NCBI GenBank assembly: GCA_963744145.1
Contig: CAVUSO010000001.1
Coordinates: 6,944,001 to 7,008,000 of the forward strand
Reading direction: 5' to 3'
DNA: 64,000 nt
Origin: an uncultured cyanobacterium
GTDB lineage: Bacteria; Cyanobacteriota; Cyanobacteriia; Cyanobacteriales; CAWUOF01
This document shows, piece after piece, positions 55,201 through 64,000 of the stretch. The notes below the pieces were generated by a model. That model had not been told where the DNA came from. It saw only the letters and a program-made list of their open reading frames with translations, and made no database searches. A program made the translations under genes and the position numbers. Every line of letters begins with the position of its first letter. Position 1 is the stretch's first letter.

Positions 55201-58177
55201 TGCGAATGGGAATGTGACTACTCAGTCGCTGACAACTTCGGGGAATAGCATTAATATTACTAGCAATTTAGGTCAAATTGATACAACTAGCGGCACCCTT
55301 GATACTAGCTCAACTGGCTCGGGTGGAGATATAACTTTAGCAGCAAATAATCTCGGCGTTATCACAAGTAATATTAATAGTAATTCGACCGGGAGTGGTC
55401 AAGGAGGAAATATTACAATTACCAGTGGGGATGCGATCGATACCACTTTAGGAACGCTAAATGCTAGTTCAGAGACAGGTAAAGGTGGAGATATTATCTT
55501 AAATGCGAATAGCAATATCAAGATCGCTAATCTTAGTACAAATAGCAATCTTAGTAGTGGAGCCGGAGGCAATATTACCCTCACTACTACCGGCGGCTTA
55601 ATTACTAATACGTCTGGAACGATTAATGCAACTGCAAATTCAGGTAATGGCGGAAATATCTCACTAATGAGTACCAGCGATATTATTATCAATAATAATA
55701 TCAATAGCAGTTCTAATGGGACGGGGAAAGGAGGAGATATTTCTTTCACTAGCACTCAGGGTGCGGTGCAGATTAATTCTCTCAATTCAACTTCAGCGTT
55801 TGGAAATGGTGGCAATTTAACGATTAATGCTGCTAATGATATTAAAGGATTGTTGCTCTTTGCTGATGCGACTAAAGGTAATGGAGGAAATATTAGTCTC
55901 ATTAGCACTACTGGAGCAATTAATATTAGTTCGCTCAGTGCTAATTCTAATAATGCTCAAGCTGGAACCTTATTTCTCCAAGGGAATGGCAATATTACCA
56001 TAGGAGATTTAAGTGCTAAAGGGATTACGGGAATTAGTCAAGGTGGTCAGACCTCTATTATTAGTAAAAATGCCGCGATCGCTGTGGGTAATATTACCAC
56101 AACTGGTGCGGCAAGTGGAGGAAATATATCCATCCAAGCTAGTACCCAAATTACGACTAAACAAATTGATTCGAGCAGCACTACTGGAATGGGTGGTAAT
56201 CTGCTGATTGACCCCACGGGAGATATTCAAGTGAGTAATATTAATACTTCTGGGGGCACAATTGGAGGGAATGTGGATGTTACCGCAGGTAAATATTTGC
56301 GAGTAAATGTGCCCTTAACTACAGCTAATTGCGGCACATTTAGCGTTTGCACAATTGGTAATACTCAAGGAGGAAATATATTTCTCAGACATGGTGGTGA
56401 TGGGGTAACTCCTTTTATCGTGGGAGATGCTACAATCAATGGTACAGCTAGTGCAATATATAAGGGAAATAGTGCAGAACAAACTATTACTAGCGGTTCA
56501 TTCTTGACTACTCAATTACAAGACAATGGGACATTAGGAATTATTACTAATACTCCTTCTACACCAACACCAACACCCACATCCACACCTACACCTACAC
56601 CTACACTTACATTTACACCCACACCGATACCAACACCCACACCTACATTTACATCCACCCCAATATCCACCCCAATATCCACTCCAATATCCACACCAAT
56701 ATCCACACCAATATCCACCCCAATATCCACACCAACATCCACCCCAACATCCACACCAACATCCACCCCAATATCCTCAAATAGCGATCGCAATAATTTA
56801 GCAGCAATTAATCCAGTCGATTTAACCCAATTCCAATATCAACTAAAATCTTTACCATTACTAGATAATGCTAATTCCCAAAATCTCGCGATCGATAAGT
56901 CGATGAGCCAAGAATATACCAAATATTTTGGTCTGGCTGATTTGCCGGAAATTAGTGTGGGTAAAGTTCAAGAATCTTTAAGCAATATTGAAAATCAAAC
57001 TGGGATTAAGCCCGCAGTTATTTATGTATTTTTTGCACCTAGCACGGTTATTCCTGTCCCGATTAATCACGAGGTAAAAATTACTGAAAATCCCTTACAA
57101 GGACAAAATTTAGGTTTGTTACGATCGCGAAGCCAGGAGGAACAAGATCATTTAGAATTAATTTTAGTCACCGCCGGTTCTCATCCAATTCGCAAGTCCT
57201 TAAATGTGACTAGAGCCAAAGTGATCGCAACTGCTAAAAGATTTCAGGATACCGTAGCCGACCAAAAAATCATCGAAAAATATTATCTGGTGCCGGCTCA
57301 ACAAATGTATCAATGGTTAGTCGCTCCTTTAGAACAGAATTTACAACAATTGAAGATTCAAAATTTGGTCTATATCATGGATCAGAATCTGCGGACTATT
57401 CCTTTAGCGGCGATGCACGATGGTCAAGGTTTTATCATTGAACGCTACAGTGTGGGATTAATGCCAAGTTTTGCCCTGACTGACCCCAGTCACCAGGATA
57501 TTCATGATGCTCAATTATTGGTAATGGGTAGCACTAATTTCTCGGATGTTTTCCATCTGCGTGCTTTACCATCAGTCAAAGCGGAAGTAGACTTAGCCCA
57601 TCAACTTTGGCGAGGTAAATCTTTTCTCAATGACCAGTTTACCCTAGAAAACTTAAAATCCCAACGCGAACATCATCCCTTTAGAATCGTCCATTTAGCT
57701 ACCCATGCTAACGTTAATTCCGGCAACGCAGCCGAGTCTTATCTTTATTTTACTAAAGAACAATTACCTCTACCTAATTTACGTTCCATTAAGTGGAATA
57801 ATCCCCCAGTGGAACTATTAGTTTTAAGTGCTTGTCAGACCGCAGTAGGAGATGAAAATGCCGAATTAGGTTTTGCCGGATTAGCATTCCAAACTGGGGT
57901 AAAATCAGCTTTAGCTTCCTTATGGCATATTTCCGATAAAGGTACTTTGGGATTAATGACAGAGTTTTACCAGCAATTAAAAACAGCACCAATAAAAGCG
58001 GAAGCTTTACGTCGCGCTCAATTAGCGATGATGCGAGGTGAAGTGCGTTTGGAATCGGGCAAATTAGTCACCAGTCAGCAATCGTTTCCCTTACCTCCTG
58101 AGTTAGTTAAATTCCATTACCAATTCAGTCATCCTTATTTTTGGAGTGGATTTACAATCATTGGTAATCCTTGGTAA
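52230..58177 (+). CDS. Array copy G: TPS + 7-blade propeller + beta-helix + Pro/Thr + CHAT; -1 frameshift at ~54175 within the propeller
   Basis: ORFs 52230..54245 and 54191..58177; the sequence reads CCATCGCAGG where copy B has CCATCTGCAGG. Confidence 0.88.
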
Positions 58178-58404
58178 TTCCGAAATCTCACTCAAACTAT
58201 GGGAGAATAGATGCAGGTGGTGTGCTTGTTATAGCCTAAATCTGAATTAGATTTGCTATGCTACCTAGTAACCACTACGCATTTTACTCACAAAACGGTA
58301 ATTATATCCATAATTCTAGTGGGACTGGGAAAGGAGGAGATATTTCTTTCACTAGCACTCAAGGTGGAGTGAATATTAATTTTCTCAGTTCAACTTCAGC
58401 ATTT
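58178..58404 (+). pseudogene. Relic of a further array copy: intergenic spacer fused to a ~90-bp internal beta-helix fragment
   Basis: 58178-58311 matches the E-F spacer up to TATATCCAT; then SGTGKGGDISFTSTQGGVNINFLSSTSAF matches the beta-helix of the paralogues. Confidence 0.8.
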
Positions 58405-58448
58405 ATACCAATTGACTATGAAGATACATTGAGCAGATTGATCTGTGG

Positions 58449-58510
58449 GTGGGGGTGGGTTTTGATGATTAGTGGGTAAATAGCAAAAATCTCGGTGAAC
58501 CCACCCCTAC
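58449..58510. repeat. REP-like inverted repeat
   Basis: GTGGGGGTGGGTT ... AACCCACCCCTAC, one mismatch. Confidence 0.6.
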
Positions 58511-58567
58511 AGAAATCCACAAATTGAGGATAAAATTGGTAGATATAGTAACGAAAATTTCGCAATA

Positions 58568-58894
58568 TTAAGCCTCTATTGGTTCAAGGTGTCCTGAACC
58601 TGCAAGTGTTTTGAGGTCAATATCTGCGATACATTTTACTTTCACATAATTGAGCGTTAAATCACCAACTAAGTGAACTGTCCCTACTTGATGCTCAAAG
58701 TCAGCCTCGGTGAAATTAGATGCGTCGGGATCAAGTTTGACCCCTAACTCAGTACCACCTTTTGGTCCGGTAAATTTAATATGCACATAAGCACGGTCAA
58801 TACTTTCTTTAAAAGCAGCGACAGTTTTTTCAGGTCGCAGCGATACTTCAACAGGGTGATTTCCTTGAGATAATCGTTGCACTAACTCATTCAT
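58568..58894 (-). CDS. Stand-alone MbtH-associated domain protein, without the MbtH core
   Basis: ELVQRLSQGNHPVEVSLRPE...YVHIKFT..GGTELG...LTLNYVKVKCIADIDL resembles the C-terminal extension of long MbtH-like proteins (from recall); the conserved MbtH Trp motifs are absent. Confidence 0.65.
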   Translation of the reverse strand: MNELVQRLSQGNHPVEVSLRPEKTVAAFKESIDRAYVHIKFTGPKGGTELGVKLDPDASNFTEADFEHQVGTVHLVGDLTLNYVKVKCIADIDLKTLAGSGHLEPIEA

Positions 58895-59013
58895 TGTGGT
58901 TTTTCCTTGTTTTTGTAGTATTCGGACTATTTGTCAGCACCTGGAGAGAAATAGCAATCGCTCTCAACTATTATCAATATTAAGGAACAGCGATCGCATT
59001 TTAGCAACATTAT

Positions 59014-59352
59014 CTAAAGTTCAAACTCTTCTAGGACGGATATATCTCCTAATTCGACTTGGACACAAAATACTCTTCCAACTTCACCTTTAAAGGGTTT
59101 TAGTTGAATATAGTTATCTTGACTGCGAGAAGTAACTTCCTGAAGGATTTTACCAGCTCTAGACAATAATGTTATTCTCAGATTTGGGGGCAAATATGTT
59201 TCTCCGTCTGTCGGATGCAACTGAATCAATACGTGCAATCTTCCTTCTTCTTCTTGTACGATATTGACCAGCAGTGCAACAGTCAGATCACCCAGTTGTA
59301 TGCCCAGGTCTATGAGTTTTGCCCTCTTTGTGTCTTCTTCGTTGTCGCTCAA
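59014..59352 (-). pseudogene. C-terminal portion of a DUF1822 family protein
   Basis: KRAKLIDLGIQL...IQLHP...YLPPNL...QEVTSRSQDNYIQL...EEF matches the DUF1822 C-terminus; an in-frame stop lies just upstream, so the N-terminal part is missing. Confidence 0.7.
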
Positions 59353-60106
59353 GATTTTTGCTCTCTCTTCTATATTATTTTTAGATGTTACACTATTTAT
59401 TTAAACACAACAATAGTCCGGATACATTTTAAAGCATATTTATATCAGCATCAGAAGGGGAATAGCGATCGCTCTCAAACAAATCAGCAAACCTGTGAGG
59501 ATAGTAGCTTAATCAGTAAACGTAACCTGTGAAATACTTACCAAGTAATCATTTCAGCTATTAATCTCTTTTGAGTGTAACCTGTAAAATATAGCGATCG
59601 CCCCCATTACCCAGTATTATTCTCTCATCAAGGTCTGAAATATTTCCAAACTTTTGCCGTGAGCCCAGTCGAATAGTTGCACATCCATCGGTAACCAGTA
59701 TCGCACCAGCACAAATACACCACCCCGAAAATGTGATCGCCCAAATATCCCCATCAACCAGATAGCAGGACGATCGCATTTAAACTAGACTTCAGGATAG
59801 CGATCGCTCTCCACCCGTCACAACTGCGATCGCATCTCACCAAATATGGACAACTAGGAAATATAGGGGTAATCACATTGTCTCGGATATGGATGAGGTT
59901 TTGAGGGGTGCGATCGCCTTGTCCCAGATATAGACCCAGATGTAGATAAGAGTTTGAGCTATGTGATCGCCTTTTAAATTGACATAAAACTTAAGAAAAC
60001 TTAACAGAATTAATAAAATTCAAAAAATTAAATTTTTGGCAATTGTATTGACTAATACTATAGGTAAGGTTATACATGAGATATATCTATATTATGTCCA
60101 TAGGAT

Positions 60107-61051
60107 ATGGGTAATTCAGAGGAACCATCACAAGAACCATTGCGGGAGTCAGTACAGGAATCATCATTGCAAGAACCATCACAGGAATTACTAGAGGAAG
60201 TACCACAAGAACCATCACAGGAATTGTTAGAGGAACTACCACAAGAACCATCACAAGAACCAGCCGAAAATATTATTGATATTGATTTTGATGTTTTGCT
60301 AAAGCATCTGTCGAAAGGATGGACAAATTTTAAGATGTCAAGAAATAACCGGGACTTTAAGACATCTATTAAGTATTTTGATGATTTTAGTAAAAGTATT
60401 AACCAGTTAATAACCAATTGGGAAGGTAGCCAAAAAGCTATTGTAAATGCCCTACAAGTTGAACAAAATCATATTAAATCTAATGCCTATCCTTTGGAGC
60501 TTGAGAATGCTTTAAAAGAAGCTGGAGTCCCAATAAGAGGTAAATTTCCCAATTATGACTTTCCTCCTTTTAATCTAAAAATTGACCTGGAAAACTATAC
60601 AGTTACACTTAAAATGGGTCGAAAAACTTTTGGAGATGAATTTAAACAAATTTTTGAGCCTTCAAAAATAGCAGAATGGGTATCTAAACAATATAAACGA
60701 GTTGTTATGACTAAGTTTAATATTGAACAATTCTGTAAGGAACTTTTTTCTACCTATGAAATTTTAAACCGTCTGTCATTACATAAAAGTGAAATTACAT
60801 GGGGGCATCCAGTACCATTAAAGGAAATCTATAAGTTATTAACAGTAAAAACTTTTGCAAAAGCGGAATATCCAGAGTCTCTTTTTATCTATGACTTAGC
60901 GAGACTCAAAGAACAGTTTCCAATTTATCATGAAAGTCATAGATTCGAGTTAGTACCTTCTCGAAGTTCATCTAGTGGTTTTTTATTAGTAAATAGTAAT
61001 GGACAAGAATCTCGTGTTAGCGATCTAGCGATTTATGAAAAAGGGAATTGA
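60107..61051 (+). CDS. Hypothetical protein with acidic repetitive N-terminus; first gene of the ATPase cassette
   Basis: 314 aa ORF with QEPSQELLEE repeats; co-oriented with and 45 bp upstream of the first ATPase. Confidence 0.8.
   Translation: MGNSEEPSQEPLRESVQESSLQEPSQELLEEVPQEPSQELLEELPQEPSQEPAENIIDIDFDVLLKHLSKGWTNFKMSRNNRDFKTSIKYFDDFSKSINQLITNWEGSQKAIVNALQVEQNHIKSNAYPLELENALKEAGVPIRGKFPNYDFPPFNLKIDLENYTVTLKMGRKTFGDEFKQIFEPSKIAEWVSKQYKRVVMTKFNIEQFCKELFSTYEILNRLSLHKSEITWGHPVPLKEIYKLLTVKTFAKAEYPESLFIYDLARLKEQFPIYHESHRFELVPSRSSSSGFLLVNSNGQESRVSDLAIYEKGN
60131..60262 (+). repeat. 36-bp coding tandem repeat (QEPSQELLEExP)
   Basis: CAAGAACCAT starts at 60131, 60170, 60206 and 60242. Confidence 0.85.
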
Positions 61052-61096
61052 GCAAGAAAGTGAATAAGAGTCATTAAATCAAGAAGGATGTAACTA

Positions 61097-62299
61097 ATGA
61101 AAATTGACCAAGCTGATATTGAATACCTAAGAAAAGGAAAACCTCCTTTAAATGAAGAGCTATTAGCCGCAATGACGTTAGGCCGTCATTTATGGTTAGA
61201 CCGAGTACGAGATTACTATCTTGATAACTATATTGCTAATGGTGGCAGCAAAGTTAAGGTTCTAATTGGTAGTAAAGGAACTGGTAAAACTCATTTAATT
61301 CGATGTGTTCAGTTAGATGCTAAAAATCTCGGATATGAAATAGTTTATATTTCAGCCCGGAACTATAAACTTAATAATTTAATTGATTTGTACTGTGCTA
61401 TTGCCCAAAAAATTGATACTGATAAGTTAATTAAAGGGTTATGTTGTTGTGTTGCTGAAAAATTAGGGTATGGTAAAGATAAATATGACGGTACAGATAA
61501 TTTTTTATCTATGTTAATTGATATAGGTATCCCCCGCGAGCAAGTTATCCAAGATGTTAAAGCAAGTGCAGCAGAAATATTTCGTAATGTTGATTTTGGA
61601 CCATCTTTTAGAACATTTGCTTACCAAATTGTTAAATATCACATGATTGGTGGTAATGAATCTGATATTAAACTGGCATTAAAATGGGTATCTGGTCAGG
61701 CATTACAACGTAAAGAAAAACAAGCATTACTTTTATTTGAACGATTGCAAAAGAACAATGCTCGTTATTGGCTAAATTCTTTAATTCGGTTACTCCATCT
61801 TGCAGGTATAACTGGTTTAGTAGTAGCTATAGATAATTTAGAAGTAGTTACAGAACGTATTCCAGACACCAAAAAATTTCGCTATACTACAAATGCAATT
61901 AAGGATATCTATGAAATTTTTCGTCAACTGATTGATGATGCAGAATTACTAAATAATTTTCTGCTTTTATTAGCGGGAAATCAAGAACTTACTGAAGATG
62001 AGACTCGTGGCTTTAAAAGTTATGATGCGCTATGGATGCGGTTACAAACTGGATTTATTCAGAATATAAAGTTTAACCCTTTTGCTGATATGATTAATGT
62101 GGATTATCATTTAATCGCCCAGGGAAAAGACTTTCCTGATCGAATTCATGCTAAATTACGTCAAATATTTAAAGATATGAAAATTAAAATGAAATATCGT
62201 GGTTTTTCTAATCCGCAGTCTAGTAGTGATTTGCAATCTAGAGTAATGGAAGCAGCAATGATGATACCAGATGTTGAACTTAATACGGAGTCTAAATAA
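61097..62299 (+). CDS. BrxD/DUF2791-like P-loop ATPase (1)
   Basis: Walker A GSKGTGKT, Walker B-like LVVAIDNLE, plus FRQLIDD and SYDALWMRL typical of DUF2791. Confidence 0.8.
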   Translation: MKIDQADIEYLRKGKPPLNEELLAAMTLGRHLWLDRVRDYYLDNYIANGGSKVKVLIGSKGTGKTHLIRCVQLDAKNLGYEIVYISARNYKLNNLIDLYCAIAQKIDTDKLIKGLCCCVAEKLGYGKDKYDGTDNFLSMLIDIGIPREQVIQDVKASAAEIFRNVDFGPSFRTFAYQIVKYHMIGGNESDIKLALKWVSGQALQRKEKQALLLFERLQKNNARYWLNSLIRLLHLAGITGLVVAIDNLEVVTERIPDTKKFRYTTNAIKDIYEIFRQLIDDAELLNNFLLLLAGNQELTEDETRGFKSYDALWMRLQTGFIQNIKFNPFADMINVDYHLIAQGKDFPDRIHAKLRQIFKDMKIKMKYRGFSNPQSSSDLQSRVMEAAMMIPDVELNTESK

Positions 62300-63558
62300 T
62301 GCAGAAAAGTGATAATAATGTAAAACTTGCGATCGCAGTAGTAGAATCCTTAAGGTCTGGTATTCCTACTCGTGTTTCTACTAGAGCCTTACCAGATTTT
62401 CGCGATAATTTAACTCAACTGATTAAGCAGGATTTAAGTCAAATAGCTAAAGACAATATAGTTCCAGGTCGGTTAATCTGGGGAGCTTATGGGCAAGGAA
62501 AAACTCATGCTTTAACTATGGCAGAACATATTGCTCTAGAATCAGGATTTGCTGTTAGTCGTGTATCTTTCAATCGTGAAGTATCCTGTAACCATCTATT
62601 TAATTTTTATAAACAAGTAGCATCGGCAATCCGCACTCCAAATTCTCAAACCTTTGGGATTCAGCAAAAACTTGACAAGAAAAATAAAGCAGAATTACAT
62701 GAAAGTAGGATTCAAGAGCAAGATCGCTACATACATCCCCTACCAGCAATTGTTCTAGAGAATTACTTTGATACAACTGGCGAAGAACAAGATCAGCTCT
62801 ATGGCGATTTAATGGGAACGCAATTAGCAATGCCAGAAATTAGACGAATTTATCGTGCCAGTCAAGGAAAAGCAATGCCTAAGTTCCCAGCTTTTAAAGT
62901 CCGTAAAGATGCAAGTGCTTATTATGGTCTGATGGCAGATACTATTGTTTGGTGTGGTTATAAAGGTTGGGTAATCTTAATTGATGAAGTCGAATTAGTT
63001 GGACGTTTAGGTAAAGTTGCGCGTTTAGAAACCTATCAAAACTTAAATTGGTTACTAAATTGGTCAACCTTCCCATCAATGGCTATGCAATATCCTATTT
63101 ATACTTTGGGGGTTGTAGCATCTAGTTTAAGAAGTGATGTTTGGTATAATAGTAGCAATCCGACTAAAGATGCTAAAAGTGATCACCTAGCTATTCCAGA
63201 ATTAGCTGCTATTAAAAATGGAGAAGATGCAAAATTAGAAATGCAGCACTTTTTTGATAGAGCGATTGATAATAAGTTATGTCCGACTACTGAACCTTTA
63301 TCTAGAGATAATTTAAGTAACTTATTAAACAATTTAGCAAAATATCATAGTGTTGCCTATAACTGGAATGCAGAACTGAATATTGACAATCTGATTCAAA
63401 ATATGGGTGATCGTCCGGTACGCACTTATATTCGTGCAGCACTAGAAACGCTTGATATTCAGTTTCTTTATCAAGAAAATATTATTCCAATTCCCGATAA
63501 TTTAACAGAAGTAGATGTTAATGAGGATCAAGAACTTTTTAAATCAGAAGAAGGGTAA
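62299..63558 (+). CDS. BrxD/DUF2791-like P-loop ATPase (2)
   Basis: ESLRSGIP N-terminal motif, Walker A GAYGQGKT and Walker B WVILIDEVE; TAATG overlap with ATPase 1. Confidence 0.82.
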   Translation: MQKSDNNVKLAIAVVESLRSGIPTRVSTRALPDFRDNLTQLIKQDLSQIAKDNIVPGRLIWGAYGQGKTHALTMAEHIALESGFAVSRVSFNREVSCNHLFNFYKQVASAIRTPNSQTFGIQQKLDKKNKAELHESRIQEQDRYIHPLPAIVLENYFDTTGEEQDQLYGDLMGTQLAMPEIRRIYRASQGKAMPKFPAFKVRKDASAYYGLMADTIVWCGYKGWVILIDEVELVGRLGKVARLETYQNLNWLLNWSTFPSMAMQYPIYTLGVVASSLRSDVWYNSSNPTKDAKSDHLAIPELAAIKNGEDAKLEMQHFFDRAIDNKLCPTTEPLSRDNLSNLLNNLAKYHSVAYNWNAELNIDNLIQNMGDRPVRTYIRAALETLDIQFLYQENIIPIPDNLTEVDVNEDQELFKSEEG

Positions 63559-63782
63559 TTTAGATTATTAGACTAACAAAAAGTTTGAGGAGGTTTTAGG
63601 CGATCGCACTTTCCCAACAACACAATAAAAGCGATCGCACTAATCATTTGCCAAAAGGTTGCCCCCACTTCTCCCACATCTGGCGATTGAAAGGCGATCG
63701 CTCGCTACCTGCCTCAACCATTATCGCATCATATTGGATAGAATTGGGGAATTTGTGGCGCTCGCATTCCCTGAGATATGTA

Positions 63783-64000
63783 TCAATTATTATCTAATAC
63801 CTGTTGACATTCCCTTAATGGAAATTGCCGACCAACTAATTGATAATATGTAAGTTGTCCTTGAGCTACTCTCATTAAACAGATTAAAGACTCTTGCTTT
63901 TTTGCACTACCAGGCAAACCAGAATAATAATCATTTATAGAATCTTTTATTGTTGGTATACTTGGCGGATTTCTCGAAGCAAAACCACCTACGTGCCAAA
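63783..64000 (-). CDS. 3' end of a hypothetical protein running off the window
   Basis: Manual translation ...WHVGGFASRNPPSIPTIKDSINDYY...RQFPLRECQQVLDNN*, open to the window edge. Confidence 0.5.
   Translation of the reverse strand, partial: WHVGGFASRNPPSIPTIKDSINDYYSGLPGSAKKQESLICLMRVAQGQLTYYQLVGRQFPLRECQQVLDNN

Larger units (their letters stand above)
1..64000. repeat. Dispersed HIP1 octamer GCGATCGC
   Basis: Many copies across the window (e.g. near 38, 59465, 59594, 59800, 63600, 63631); established cyanobacterial signature. Confidence 0.95.

Noticed and set aside
15771..57992. Many short minus-strand and alternate-frame ORFs inside the array (e.g. 16977..17915, 47748..48365, 44439..44747, 56512..56793)
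   Set aside because: Shadows of repetitive Gly/Asn/Thr/Pro coding sequence; they recur at equivalent positions in each paralogue and have no independent features.
15556..58177. Classical CDI / polymorphic toxin locus
   Set aside because: C-termini are conserved, no immunity ORFs lie between genes, and no VENN-type junction is visible.
59561..59940. ORF 59561..59779 and surrounding sequence
   Set aside because: HIP1-rich, low-information sequence with no recognisable motif.
60048..60076. Sigma70-like promoter TTGACT-17-TATACA upstream of the ATPase cassette
   Set aside because: The -10 element lacks the conserved final T, and such matches are common in AT-rich DNA.
60107..63558. Complete BREX or Shango system
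   Set aside because: No pglZ, pglX, TerB-like or helicase gene in the cassette; only the ATPase family is shared.

Overview
AT-rich cyanobacterial chromosome segment. The assignment rests on frequent HIP1 octamers (GCGATCGC), ndhM and other cyanobacterial gene families; a filamentous lineage is likely but is inference. 1-13.1 kb is mostly core genes: lipoate ligase family, YbjN, LRR protein, DUF29, ABC1 kinase, GAF histidine kinase, leuD, ndhM and a PP2C phosphatase. A tract of small repeats and a PEP-CTERM protein follow. 15.5-58.4 kb is a head-to-tail array of seven near-full-length paralogues plus two remnants. Each has the layout signal peptide / TPS (filamentous haemagglutinin N-terminal) domain / exactly seven FG-GAP-like propeller blades with hypervariable positions / beta-helix / Pro-Thr linker (absent in one copy) / CHAT caspase-like protease with intact His-Cys dyad. 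One copy was replaced by a truncated HTH-PIN toxin-antitoxin pair and an IS remnant. The right end carries an orphan MbtH-associated domain, a DUF1822 fragment and a three-gene cassette (unknown protein plus two BrxD/DUF2791-like ATPases) that is a candidate uncharacterised defence-type system. Six single-base frameshifts, two outside the array, suggest some assembly indel error. All family names come from motif recognition by eye, not from database searches.
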